DNA of 64,000 nt, taken from NCBI GenBank assembly GCA_000708835.1, contig DF237403.1, forward strand, positions 11,771 to 75,770. The letters are read 5' to 3'. The DNA comes from Klebsormidium nitens (lineage: Eukaryota; Plantae; Klebsormidiophyceae). This document shows positions 25,129 to 38,479 of this stretch, piece by piece. The position numbers and the translations under genes are program-made. Each line of letters begins with the position of its first letter. The first letter of the stretch is position 1. Below the pieces are notes generated by a model. The model did not search any database. It saw nothing but the letters and a program-made list of their open reading frames with translations, and was not told the DNA's origin.

Positions 25129-26855
25129 TTAAGGTATTCTGGTTGCCGGTTTTGATGTTTGCTCGTCTACTTTATTGATAGCCTCTAAGACGACCTCTAA
25201 GGGGGCTTTTGCAAAGAGTGTTGCCGGATACACGGAGCTGCCCCATTTCGGATGCAAAATAACTTTACAGCAACCGGCGTTCTGACATGTATAATGTAGT
25301 AGAGTGGAAAGAGCATCCACTTCACTGTACACGGTGTTTGTGTCCTTGTGGATCATCTGCAAACCGAAAACAAGATTCGATTGAATTTTTCTGGTACCTA
25401 CATCAAGATGTCAGGTGCAGACAGGAAGCACAAGTACGGACGACTAACCCTCTCGAGATGCACCAACCATTTAGCGCAGTGGGATTAGGTACAAAAGAGG
25501 GGTGCTTTGAGATGCAATGAACAAACGAAAAGCTTGTCGAACTGACATGTAACGTCATATCGGTTTGTTCTTCGACAAAATAACTCACTGGTAATCCAGA
25601 TGCTGGATCTAGGTAGTCCGCCCAATGCCCTTGACTAATCAGCAACTCGCAGACTTGCTTGGCGAAGTCAACAAACTGAAGAGGCCCCAAAGAAAAGGTT
25701 AGTGAAGCGAGCTCGTCGGAGGCCGTTGCAGTTACTCAAGAAGGACGAGCCAGGAAACTGAAGTTTGTGTTCTTTTTGTGCTTTGATTTCTGGGTCGGGG
25801 TCGGGTGGGGATTCGCTTGTGGGTTTTGCGATGCAATTTGCGAGTTGAGATAGGGGGCCTGACATTGAGCAAAGCTGACAGGCAAAATTGCTTAAATGCA
25901 CCAAAATGATACTTCAAAAAGAGAGGATTCAAAGGACGTGCTCACAATCTCGAGGAGCCGGTCTTTCTCTTCCTCGATGACCTCCCCTGTCCTGACAAGA
26001 TCCACCTCTGAGTTTTGACACGTGGGGATGATCAGGAGGTCCATTACTCGCACCCCAGGGAAGATCGCTTCCAGATCGCTCTTGTACTGCCGGGGGCAGG
26101 CTGCGAAAGCAGCAAACAGGTCTCTTAGTATGTTTCCACAGAAGCGACATATACGGGGGTGGGGGGCGGGCTGTAGAACTGGCAGACAGGTTTCTCATTC
26201 TGTTGCAGTATAGACAACTTGCAGGGAAGGAGGGAAGAGTACGGTTACGCAAATTTGCAAAACGTATGCAGTCAAACTAGTGTAGACCACTCCTGACAAC
26301 AAAGCATCTGCCACTATCTGTGTGATTGTTGGAGAATGGATCCCAGCTTTTGCAACAGCGCCCCCAGTCAACTCTGTCAATCTTACACAATGAAACCCCC
26401 AGTTCTATGGCTGTCACTGGTCACAGGTATATGTTGCTTACGCCAACTTTTTACACAGACAATCACCGTCAGAGACAACATCTATGCTTAGACTAGACGA
26501 CCGACTGATGCTGGTCTCTGCATCTGCACTGAAGGCCTTATAACAACAAAGAGGGGCACTGGACTGGACCAATGCCTGGCGCCACGTTCTAGTCAGCAAA
26601 ACTTATGAACCACCTTCATAAGCGTTGGTGGCATCAGCCACTCTCAAATCAGGAGTGATCACTAGGACTTTGATCTGGCTCCACGACCACTTCAAGAGGT
26701 GGAGAAACCTCTGCAAGTAAAACAGTGCGTCACAGGAATCAAACGGGATTAGAAGGTGCAGTCAACAGTGGAGACTCACTGTGAACCGAATACTCCATCC
26801 CTTTGGAGGTTGTCATCACTGGCGTTAAAGCATAGCGCCCAACTTCCGCGACCAT
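25129..26855 (-). CDS. MMADHC: MMADHC/cblD-like cobalamin trafficking protein
   Basis: Exons 26855(start uncertain)-26780, 26100-25946, 25675-25589, 25356-25129. Translation GMEYSVHTCPRQY...IIPTCQNSEVDLV..GEVIEEEKDRLLE.FVDFAKQVCELL..QGHWADYLDPASGLPM...AGCCKVILHPKWGSSVYPATLFAKAP matches the MMADHC C-terminal domain. Confidence 0.85.
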
Positions 26856-28058
26856 GGTCCCAGATGGTAGCAGATCTTGCTGCAGCCCCTTCAAGGCAGG
26901 TGACCAGTAGAAAAGGCTCAAGAGCCGTTCACAGGCAAGCCAAGAATGCTGGCACTAACCAACTCATTGACATCAAGATAGAGTCGCCATGGCTCGACGC
27001 ATCAGCGCTCCGCTTCCTGACATCACCTGTGGTAGCAAAATCTACGGACATTCATGATTTGGGAAGCTGTACCAAGTGCAGCTCTTTCTTTCTCTGGGCG
27101 TTTGAAAATGGTGTACGGCGTCACTTCCGTTTCGGACAATGTAACTCCGATTTGTTCAATATTGCGGACGCTTCCTGCATACAGCACATTCCAGCTGGCG
27201 CCTAGAGGAAGTCCAATGAAGGAAGTCTGGCATTTGTAAATTGTTAGAAAAAATTATACAGAGAGAGCCGGCGGCCTGTAAAATCTGAGATTAAAAATTA
27301 TTTTTGGATGTGGATCGTCCGATCTCAGTGACGTCAGCTTGCAGGAGCGCTCCTTCGTAGATTCGCCTGTCCTTGCCGATTTATTGAAAACGTTGAATTT
27401 GAAAGCCTGGGTACTGTTGAACCAGTTGGATTTGTGACTGTACATGAGAAACTCTGAACCGCAAGGCTTGGACACGGCGCGTGAATATACGTATGTATTT
27501 TTGTGTACCCATCTGGTCCATCAATCAGTCGCCAGAATACTAGGGCAAAATGGGCAGATCTGGGACAAAACTTCGATTAAGAATTGCCCCACTTTTACGG
27601 TGCTAATGATTGGCACCCTGTACACCCAGCCCTCGTGTACAAACCGTACCTTGTACATCCCTGAGAGCAGACTTCAGGTTGTGGATGAAACCTCTACCGG
27701 AATTCTCGCACGCCTAACGCACGACCAAGGTTTCACGATTTTTTCACGTTCCCTAGTTTGTTTCAGCTAGTTTGTTATGATAGAGGTAGCATATGGTGGA
27801 TGACATTAATTTTTGAAGAAAGACGTTCTTAGTGCAAAAGGGAGGAAGGACACTCGATTGACGGGATTGACGTGAACGTTTAGCAGAGGTGCATTAATAA
27901 GGTGCAATCGAGGAGGGACTCTTTGTTTTCGCGGAAGTAACACGTCTTCTTAGCCCCAACATCTCTCTAGAAGCTGCTCGTGTTGGCACAGGTTTGAGAT
28001 CAAAGGGGACTTGGAGGGTGTTCTTCAGCAGAAGCTGTGTTCCTCTAGTTGCTCCACT

Positions 28059-29574
28059 ATGGCGGGTCCGCTTCACGATCTGAAAGCAGTGATTGGTACA
28101 TTCTCCACAGAGTATGGCAAAACTCCGTTGCGGCTCAAGGTGAGTGGCCTCTAATCTTCCAATGGAGGTGGGCCAAATGGTGCCACTAGTCGGTGTTCAA
28201 TTAGGGGATCACGCTGGATGGAAATATCATTGCTGCTCCTTGAGTTAGCCCTGGAAGTTTCAAGGCAAACCTCTTGAGCCCCAACTTTCCAATGCTCTTG
28301 TCGTTGACGTCACAGCATCAAGAGCTCAGCCGGCAGAGAAAGAAGCACTACTTTTATCTGCTGCGGTTGCACTAAAGAATACTTCTTCATGTCTTTGGGT
28401 CTAGAAGTTCTACTAGAAGACTGCTCCTCAAGCACGACCACTGCCGTGTGATGGTCGCCACCATTTCAAGGATTAGCTGCTTTTTGACCAGTCGGATTAA
28501 TTTGTCACTTGGTCGCTACATTGATGTTCTCCATCAACCGAGGGGAGTTCTACCACCTTGGGATCGAAACTTGCTCACACGCCTTTTCCAGTCACCTGTT
28601 AACTTGCCAAGATCTCATCTAGCTCAATCACAAAATGTTAGTCGTATAGATGGCACTTCCAACCCAGCACTATCATGCCTGGCCCTTTGTGTTGCGTCAT
28701 GAAGCTCTGGCCGTGAATAACTCTGCATCATTAATCTTGGATGGATTGAGCGACTCATGGCTGAGGCCTTGGAAAGCACTTGCTTGTACTGATGAGACGC
28801 TTTGGTTTTGCAGCTCATTGACCTTTATATCTTGTATGCCCTGTCGACAGCCCTTATTCAGGTGAGAGTAAAGTACAAGAGAATTCGCTCCAGGTGGATG
28901 ATCCCCACTGTCTCACGTCGCATTGTGTTGAAGTTTTTGCACATTCAGACTACTGCGATTTCTTCTAGCGTCAGAATGTCCCGTAGTTTAAACCGAATGC
29001 AACTATTGAATCTGTGCAGGGAGTAAGCATTCTGAGTTGCTTTTGTAATAGTGAGCGAGTCCATGGACCGATTGATGGTGTAGGTTACATTCTGAAGACA
29101 GGTGGCATGTCTTTGCAGTTTGTCTACCTTGGTCTCGTGGGCTCTTTCCCCTTCAACTCCTTCCTGGCCGGGTTCCTGTCCAGCATCGGGACTGCAGTTT
29201 TGGCAGGTAGGTTTTTCCAACGGCTTGCCTGGAAATCTTCCCAAAGAAAGAAAGGCAGATTCGACAAGACTGGCTTTTAAGATATCGTGACGCGTTTTCT
29301 ACAATCTGGCTGCCTCCGAAATTGTATTCGCGGTATGCGCTTTTCTTCAGCTTGACATTGCTTGTTTGACCACGTATTTAACTCCGTTCTGATGGACCTC
29401 TCGATGCGCATTGAGGATACACAAGCTGGTCAAACCTGTTTTGCAGTTTGCTTGAGGATGCAAGTCAACAAGGACAACAAGGAGTTCAAGGATGTGCCCC
29501 CGGAAAGAGCTTTTGCAGATTGGGTTGTGGCGAACATCGTCCTACATCTTGTCGTTGTGAACTACATAGGGTAG
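28059..29574 (+). CDS. DAD1: Oligosaccharyltransferase subunit DAD1/OST2
   Basis: Exons 28059-28139, 28814-28861, 29119-29206, 29447-29574 give [32 protein letters not shown]...[50 protein letters not shown]...NYIG*. Confidence 0.97.
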
Positions 29575-30574
29575 ACTTAACCCCACTTTTAAATGAAACG
29601 GCTGCGCTCCCGGATAACAAGGAGTCACCGTCAAGTTCCGCCTAGTCAGAGCTCGATTGGTCGAGCTTGTTGCTTTCAAGGATCTGTGATGGATCTCGAA
29701 TGCATCAAATTCCTTCTGGAATTGACAGAATACATCGTCTGCCTTGAGTTTGTCCAAGGCCATCAGCGCCTTGAATAGTAGCGGGAGTTCTCAGTGATTT
29801 AACTCCTGGTTGACATGATCATCCAACCTTCAATCGATAGACGTCTCGTTTCAAGAACACTTACGAGTGCGCCTGCTATATGCTCGGACTGCCTGCATGT
29901 TGTATATAGACACTAAAGGCCCGAAGGGCCCGACCATGTGCGAGTCTCTTTTCAATACGCCGTTATTAGTCACAGTGTCCATGGGTTGATGATGGAGCGT
30001 TTACTAACATCCTTGTCAAACGGGCACAGGATTTGTACACACCGGTCTACGTGCATCTTCGGGACGACGGGTCGAGCGAGCACTGAACCTCCATGAGGCA
30101 AAAAGGGCACCTTTTCAAACTTGCTTTGGTGCAATTCAGCCATCAATGACATTGAAGTATACTGCTCTCAACTTCTGTTCTCGTTGAAGCATGGAGCGGC
30201 CCTGGCAATCTGATGCAATCTGGCATGGCGACCATTCAACCATTGAGGGTTAAACGCGGAAATTCTTGCATAATCGTGGCCACCCTTCATGCATGTGCAG
30301 TACTGAAGAGCATGACATCCCTGTGCCTCTCCAATCCCATGGTGACTCGACCGGAAGACTGCCACAGCTGGCAAGCGCTCGCGGTTATAGAAAATGTGAA
30401 AGCGCGGCCGCGGTGAGCCCGCCGCGCGCAGGCTCAGCTGTAGTTGACGGCGGCCGCCCGGGCCTATAATTTTCGAAGTAGCAGAAAGATGTAGGCATGG
30501 GCCGTGATGGCGGTGCCAGCAAGACTGTACAAAGTAGAGGTTTGCTAAACGCCCGTGCCTGAGGAGAAGAAAGC

Positions 30575-33500
30575 ATGGCGTCTGCTTCCACAGCGGCGGC
30601 GGCAGGTGCTCGTTGCACGTGCTTTGAGCCGCCGCTGTCTCAACGACATCAGCAAAAGTTCGCGGCCAGCTCGCAGCCTTTCTTATATGCAGACAAGAGT
30701 CAATTGAGGAGCATTACTAGACAATTGCATCAAAATGTCGCAGGCAATACTCCCCTTTCCTCCATTCTCTGGCGGGGCGGTCGGGGCCCGAAACGAAGGC
30801 CCCGAATGCATGGGAATCCTCGGACACCGGTTCAAGTCAGCGCTTCCCGCTCAGGGCGTACTAGCACCACTCAAGAAGAAAGCGATGATGAGGAGAAGCC
30901 TCCGCTATGGGGCATTGTGCTCAAGGGCTTCTTGGGGACGCAGAACAAGGTGGGGGAGAAGGTCATGGCGTCGCTGCTCAAAACGACGCAGGCGCCCATC
31001 GGGATCTACGTTTCGGAACCGGTCACGGCTCTGCACCGGTTGGATCCAAGGGTGAAGCAGGTGAGGCTGGGGGCCGTTTTGCAACTCAAAAATCTTTCGT
31101 GTGGCGCTGTGAAAAGTACATTGATTGGCAGGTGCACAAACTCATGGAAGCGAACGGGTTTCCCCCTTAAAAAAGGCGCCAAGGTCATCAGATAACACAT
31201 AAGGGTGGTGGTGCACCCATTGACAGCCTCTTTCAGTCCTTTGACTCTCTTTCGAGGGAAAACTGACATGGTTCTTACGGATCTTTAGTACTAGAAAAGG
31301 AATAAACATACCGCCGGACAGTTTTTGGAATCAACAGGATCAATCGGGGACAGTGGTTGAGCGCCGGCCGGCTTAGTTATATCCGATTGGTTCAAAGCTC
31401 TGCTCTAGGCCCATGCAGTGCGTGCTGGTTGCTTCTCGTCCACCCGTTGCGGAAGAAGCTAGAGCTTCATGTAAGAGCTATCCAGTGGGTCTATTCCTGA
31501 CAAAGTTGACACAAGCTGATATGATCAGCTCTTGCACCCTTGGAAGGGGGCATGCGTTGATATGGGGCGCGTTGCGACCTTTGAATGAGTCCAAGGTCCC
31601 GTGCATGAAACTCTTTGCTGGTAAACATGGAAGCTTTCTCTGCAAAGTTTGGAATCGAGCACCACCGTAATCTTGTCAAAGGCTTTGCACAGAATGGGAT
31701 TGGCGCACCAATCAACCAAAACAAGCGCTGGCCAAATTAGTGGCAATTGTGGCAAGTGCCCACTTTCTTTCCTACCTACTTAGCGGACAATTTCCATTAT
31801 CCATAAGTCCTTGACATGGCTTCTTATCTGCGCACGTGCCTGTGTCTCATACTTCTTCTTAATTGACCCTCTCTTGTACACTTTTGCCCTCTTTCAAATG
31901 TAACATCCACCACAATTCACCTTAAGCCCCCGTATGGCTGTTCGCTCTGGTAAGCTGAACCAAGTTTCGGCCCACTTAAACCAGTCCTCCTGAAACCTTC
32001 TTAACGTCCTCAACCCCGCTGACCCCTCTTTAGTCCGGCTAAATCTTTTCAACCGTAATCCTGCTCACCCCTTTTCTAAATCCTACGCACCCCTCCTCCA
32101 TCCTGCTCACCACGTCTTAACCCTTCTCACCCCACCTTAACCCCCTGCAGGTGTGGCTCTTCGTCCTGATGCTTTGACTTTAGGTCCCCCCATTTGACCT
32201 TTACTTCTAGACCCTCCCTAACCTCCTTAACTCCCCTCAAAACCTGCAGGTGTCGCTATTTGCCCTGGTGATGCAATCTACGGTTCCCCCATCCCGACCG
32301 ATCCTCCTCACCTCCTCATATGTGCTGACCCCTCCTTTAACCCCCTGCAGGTGTGGCTGTTCGCCCTGATGTTCCTAACCAAGGAATTCCCATTGTGACC
32401 CCAACAAATCCCCTAAACTCCGTAAGTCTCCTTAACCTCGGCAGGTGTGGCTGATCACACTGCTGTTCTCAACTAAGGTCTTACCTTGTTCTGACCCCTG
32501 ACCTCCCCCTAACCGCCTCCAATCTCCTTAACCCTGCAGGTGTGGCTGTTCGCCCTGATCTTCCCAAACCTAAGCTTTACCCATTCTGACCCCTGCCTAA
32601 CCTCTCCCTAACCTCCGTAGATTCCTTAACATCGGCAGGTGTGGCTGATCACCCTTCTGTTCTCAAACTAAGGTCTTGCCCTTTTCTGACCCATAACCTC
32701 TCCCGAATCTCCTTAACCCTCCTTAACAGGTGTGGCTATTCGCGCTCATGCTCCTCCCCGCCCGCTCCACCCTCGCTGTCCGCATCGGCCTCGTCTCCGG
32801 CGTGCTCCTCCTCTCCATGCTCTGCCTTCCCCGCCGCCTCTGGAAAGCACAGCTCGGCCCCCTAGTCTTCCTCTGTTCATTTGTCTTCGTAATGACGGCG
32901 TTTACCGCGGACGGGGTGGCGTTGCTAGCTCAGCCCAAGTCTCTGCCACCCCCCCAGATCGGGCTGCCGGAGATTCCCCCCGCGACGGGGGGGTACCGTT
33001 ATGTGCTGTTCAGCTGGTGGGTGTTCCGGGTGACGAGGAAGGGGCTGCTACTTGCGAGTAGTACGGCGAGTTTGGCTTTCATGGTGAGCGGAACTGTTCG
33101 TTTTCGCAGCCATTTCATCGGTTCATTCTTCCGCTGTTGCGGAATGGTTCGCTGCTTTTCCATGGAATGCCCTTTCGAGAAAGGGGCTGCTGCTGGCGAG
33201 TAGTACGGCGAGTTTGGCTTTCATGGTGAGCGGAGTTCTTTCTTCCAGCAACTTTATCGGTTCATTCTTCTGCTCTTGCGAAATGGTTTGTTGCTTTTCC
33301 TGGAAGGCCGTTTTGTGAAAGGGGCTGCTGCTGGCGAATAGTACGGCCAGCCTCGCGTCTATGGTGAGAGTCAACTCGAGAAAGAAGCTACGATGTTGTT
33401 CAGGTGACTGCATTGGGACAGGTAAGGGTGGTTGAGAGATTGGGTCGGCAGGGTTCGAAGTCTGTACTTCTTTGGCTTGTATTGTACTTCGTGTTCATCG

Positions 33501-36500
33501 ACAAGCTTAGTAAAATCTCTCTTGAGTTTCATTTTGAGGAGGGGCTGGTCCTTTTTACGCTTCATCTGGGCTCTCGGTTAGTCTTGCTGGAACGGTTTGT
33601 TGTATTCCTATCACATGCCGTTAGCTGGTGTTACTGGGAAAGAAGAAAAGGAGAACGAGAGTTAATCAGCATTATGTCAGCACTATGGACGTTTCAGCTA
33701 GATGTAAGCATGGCGCGCTTAGAAGGTGGCAACAACCACCTCTCACAAAAGTAATTGAATTGTCGCCGCCAAGTTCCGGAGTCAACAGTATGTGCTTGAC
33801 AGGGCGAGACTCGTTGTAAGATGCCGAGACCGAATTATTGATGTGTGCACTCGTCAATCAACTGACATGGGACTCTGACCCACCTTGCACTGTGCCCTCA
33901 CAAAAGTCTCACGTTGTGTTGCTGTCGAGACCAAGGTTCGAGGCAAGTCAATCAAAAATTTCGGGCCTGTTTTGCATGTGCCCTTACAAATCAGGAGAGA
34001 GGCATCATTCGTCAGCCTCCTTTCGAGAGCAGCACGTTGGCTGCGCCTTCGGGTTTGGATGTTCGGATTGTCAAAAAGCCGAGCTTCTCTACGGAGAGCC
34101 CATTACCCTTTCCACTCTCGAGTTGCAGATTGGAGTGGAGGGTCGCCCCTTCGGACTGCTGCCTTGTAAGTAAGTGGGCGCTGTCCTCGGCTACAGCAGA
34201 ATTGGAGGAAAATCGTCTTCTCCCTCTACAAACACCCAAGACCACGTCTTTTGGAATGTGTTAAAGACCATAACCTTGCACCTGAAAGTAGTGAACCCAA
34301 GCGATAGATTAAGCTGCCGCTCTATCGATGCTCTACAGGTGATGCAGAGCGCCAACCTGTGCCTCACGACCACCACCCCCGAGGAGCTTGTCGCGTCGCT
34401 GCGCTGGTTCCTGCAGCCGCTGCGCCTGCTGCGCGTCAACGTCGCAGAGATCGCGCTCACGCTGCTGCTCTCGCTGCGCTTCACGGGGCTCGTCTTCGAT
34501 GAGGTAATTTTCTGCATGGTGATGTTTGAGTGCTGAAATTGGCTGTTGACAGCTTTAAGTTCACGTTGACACTGAGGGATTTTAAAGATGCTGGCGTGCT
34601 TACGCTGCTGCTCTCGCTGCGCTTCACGGGGCTCGTCTTCGATGAGGTGAGGCCGTGATCCGGGTTGAAATCAAGGAAGATAATGATCAGCCGGTTAACA
34701 AGGTAAAAGCACTAAGGCGGGTAGGACTAGTTTGGTAGTTGGGGTGGGTATGGGTACGGAGCAGGTAAGTTTTTTGTGTTAGGGGTTTTTGTGTTTGTTG
34801 GAGCTTATTATCTTGGCTTGTTACTATCTTTCTGGAGTTTCATGTGATTGGACTGGACGAGTGAACGGCCAAGCAATTGCTTTTGATGAATTTGACGGTT
34901 TGGCTAAGGTGAGGAGGCACTTTTTGGTTGTCGAACCGGTGGATTTTGACAATCAAAGGCTCAAGATTGTGCTTGAGCCTCAAAAGGTGAGCATCTGAGA
35001 ACGATGTTGCGTTTCGCTGATCTACTTGCTGCAATTGACGGGACTGGTTGTCGATGAGGCGGCATAAATTTTGTGCGCCCTATTTCGGACGATTTTTTGA
35101 ATCCGGAATGGCACACCCCAAACTTGGTTAACCCAGTCTGCGGCTACTCGTGCGCGTCGGTTTTCGATGTCGCGGTAAAAGCACCATCAGGAAACGAGCC
35201 GCGTGCGACATGTGTTACACAAGCGCGTGTGCGGCCAGAGATTCGTTCACATAGTTCAATGGGCAATTTCGGGTTTGCCGTCCAGACTTGTAACTTCCGA
35301 CATAGGGCGCACCAGTCTTAGCGCATCTGGAGTGTCCAATTCAGAACGTAGGAAATCGAACGGCCTTTGCCGCTGCTTCTGCTGTGTCAAGGGGGCTCGG
35401 CTATGACGCACCTCGAATTGGAACGTCGAAATTTGCTTTTTACCTTCCAACGGTTGAAATTCCTTTCCCTTGCGGGGCTCTTTTGTCATGACTTGAAATT
35501 AGAACCTGAGCCGTCTGAGAAGTGGGCTTGGACGATCGAACGGCTCAAGCTCGTTTTTATGGGGCGGTAATCGAGGCCCTTTTTGCCCCTCGATGCGGCC
35601 CCGCTTGTGGACCTTGTGTGCAGAAAGATCACAAGCTTCCAAGGGGGAACCTACATTCAAGATTGGGCCATCAACGGTGCACCTTTCGTACAACTCTTAG
35701 ACCAAGCGGTTCCCCACGTCTGATGAAACCCACGTGCTCCATCGACGGTGCAGGTCCGCAACCTGGCGCTCGGCGTCGTGGCTCGGGGGGTGGACTGGAA
35801 GAAGCTCGGCTTTGTCGGCACAACGGACAGTGAGTCGCCGGAAACCGGAAGCAGACTAACAGAACGGAAGTGTGATGCTCGCATAGTCATCGCTTGTACC
35901 GTGTCGTCGAACCACCAACATGCGTGCCTCTTTCATTTAAGGAAATGCTAAGCAGACCTTGCCTGTTTCGAAGGGCTCTACTTCTGGAAGCAAACGTCAC
36001 TTGGTGCAGCGGCTGTGGCCTTTCTCCGATATCAAAAGAGACTGTCCGGCAGTAGCAGCGTCCGTCAACAGTATCGAACTTTCCATTTCTCGCCGTGACT
36101 GTTGGCGAAGACTTCAAAATGAACGCCGGAAGGGACTTTAATTATCACGCGGGATCGATCAAAGCCCAGAAAGCGCATAGAGCGGCCCGTTCCGCTGGTT
36201 ATTCCTATCATTCTCGCCGTCAATCGCGCGAACTGTGCTCTCCGCAGTGATGGCCGGGCTAGCGGGGCGGCTCTTTCAGAACCTTTTTGCGCAGGCGGAT
36301 CAGATTGCACAGGTGGGTGTCGGATTCCGCCTCTGTCGCTTGCCGTGTGATGCTTTCCCCTCGTTACCCCACTTTACTGGCGACATTCGGGACGCCGGTT
36401 CGTCGAGTTGCTTGCTTGAACGGAGGGGACATGCTGCTGGATTGCTCTAGTACCAACCATGCGGTGCGCATTGCCTTCTTGTTCCAATCGAGCACCTTTG

Positions 36501-36800
36501 ACTGCTTTCAATTGTCATTCTTCGAAATATTCGACTTTGTCTCGATGCCGAGAGCACCTCGTCTGCTGCATGTATCAGATACTTTTCATCCATGAATTTG
36601 ACTGTCTCTCTGAGAAAGCCAAAACTTTTGATGTGCAGGCTATGGTGGCCCGTGGCTTCCGGGGGCGGCCCGAGGACCACCAGATCTATTTGATGACGCG
36701 GCTGCGGCTAGGGCTGCTCGATATCTTCGCGATGTTTCTCCTATGCTTCGTGCTGTTCATAACGTGGAAGCAGAGACGCCCGCTCGTAATTCGACTCTAG
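30575..36800 (+). CDS. ABCI12: Energy-coupling-factor transporter transmembrane subunit (EcfT/CbiQ family, ABCI12-like), plastid presequence
   Basis: Exons 30575-31060, 32730-33083, 34339-34503, 35754-35829, 36248-36312, 36639-36800. Motifs LHRLDPRVKQ, TTTPEELVASLRWFLQPL, TLLLSLRF.GLVFDEVRNL and AMVARGF. Confidence 0.9.
32095..32760 (+). repeat. Seven-unit ~97-bp C-rich tandem array, each unit branch point + CAG + first codons of EcfT exon 2
   Basis: CAG|GTGT(G/C)GCT junctions start at 32151, 32250, 32351, 32445, 32540, 32639 and 32730 (true exon), most preceded by a CTTAAC-like motif. Confidence 0.92.
33035..33370 (+). repeat. Three-unit ~140-bp repeat of EcfT exon 2 3' end plus donor
   Basis: AAGGGGCTGCT.CT.GCGA.TAGTACGGC.AG...(T)ATG|GTGAG with donors at 33084 (true), 33226 and 33364. 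Exon 3 end is similarly copied (donors 34504 and 34647). Confidence 0.9.
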
Positions 36801-38479
36801 CATATCAAATAGGAGAACGGCTCGTCCTGCACAATGGACCCTTAAAAAAGATGAAGAATACAACTCTTGTCAAAACGGACCTCGGCCGCTTCGGCTGCTT
36901 TGGCATGTCCAACTGGGAAGGGACATGCGTGCATGTGATGCTATGGTACCTTCCATGCATGACGCAGGCTGGTATAAACTAATCTGATGGCTTGCAATTG
37001 TCTCTTAGTATGACGCCGCTTTGCTCAAGGCATGGGGCGGGGTCACTAACTTGCCACAATCATTGACTTGAGTTATAAGCACCGAATTCTTCGACGTTCC
37101 GACAAAAGCTGAACCTATCGGGCCCAAACTTATACGGAATTTGTATAGGATCATGGGGCAGCTGCCATGCCATGCACCTAGGCTCATGCGCGCGTGTGCG
37201 GCGGTGGTACATGCACTATACTCATCGTCTCGTTAAGTATGTACACATAGTGACCTTGCACGCGTTTTGTTCATATAACGAGAACCGAAAAAGACGGATC
37301 GCCTGTAGAGAGCTGCAGCGCGCAGTGCTTTACATGCATGAGTTTTTCCTCAATATTTACCCAGATGCACTTGCCGCTTATCGATCTTAGTATAGAAATT
37401 AACTCATGATCTTTTAGCACTAATTGTATATATAGGCAATCCATTGTGTAACAACAAGGGATATAGTCTACTTTGTCTCTCGAGTCGTATGTGTTCAACA
37501 TGCAATATGGTGGAATCGAAACCAACGTACCTAATCAGGTTGTGTCGAATTTTCTGCAACTTTCGACTCGGTCAATCTCGGACGGTCGCGTTGTTCACGT
37601 GGCCAATGGGCATCCGGGATGCTGCACTGGAAGTCGCTTGAATCCAAGCTTATGTCAATGGTATACAACAATCAGCAATCCTTTCATACTTGGTTCTAAA
37701 AGATCATACGTAGGCACAGGGCCACGTCCAGCACACGATTTTGCAATACACACAACGGTTGACGCACTGAGATCGACTCTCGTAATCTGATTTGACTGCT
37801 CAACTTCTTACAGACGTACACTATCGTACTTGAGAACTAGGCCGGTAAAGGGTGGGCCCCCGCAAAAGGAAAGCGACTTGACTCCCAGACATTTACTTGA
37901 CTGACATCCCACCTTTCACCAGCCGTTATTCTTGACTGCAGCTTGCAAACACGCCATGTTTCCACTCGACGTGGCACAGTTTTAGTCTTATTTATACTAC
38001 ATCCCATCCAGCCCTCCCCTTCGATCCTGCGAACCGCATCCTATTTCCCCGCGCGTGCTGAAAGCTATACACATAAGGCTTCTTCGGCCCCCCCGAACCA
38101 CCGCCGCTCCACTGCTTGGCCGGCAGTCAAAGTTCGCTCCACTGGGCGGGTTGTCAGAGGCTACACTAAGGAAACCCCTGCATTATCCGCTCTCCTGGCC
38201 GCCTTCAACCCTTTCCATCTTATCTCACCCTCTCGCATTACCCCTCCCGCTTCTGCTGACTCTGAACATCACGCTTTTGGCCTCTTCCGGACGCCATAGC
38301 CTGACTACGACTCCCGACTTCCAGTCAAAAGCCCTACTGTGCAAATCGTTCCATATTGGAACCCTTCTTTGGGTTCCGACCCGTCCCAAAACCCTTCCCA
38401 ACAAGTCTGGACTCCCCTTGGCTTCCAGCATGTATCATTGACTTCTGTACACAAGCGCCCTCGCAACTAACCAACTTTT

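Noticed and set aside
32095-32760. Regularly spaced repeats resembling a CRISPR array
   Set aside because: The whole ~97-bp unit is repeated with no unique spacers, the repeat is a splice acceptor plus exon start, the context is a eukaryotic intron, and there are no cas genes.
25129-36800. MMADHC near an EcfT/CbiQ gene as a cobalamin or cobalt gene cluster
   Set aside because: DAD1 lies between them, EcfT looks like the conserved plastid ABCI12 type, and nothing in the sequence indicates co-regulation.
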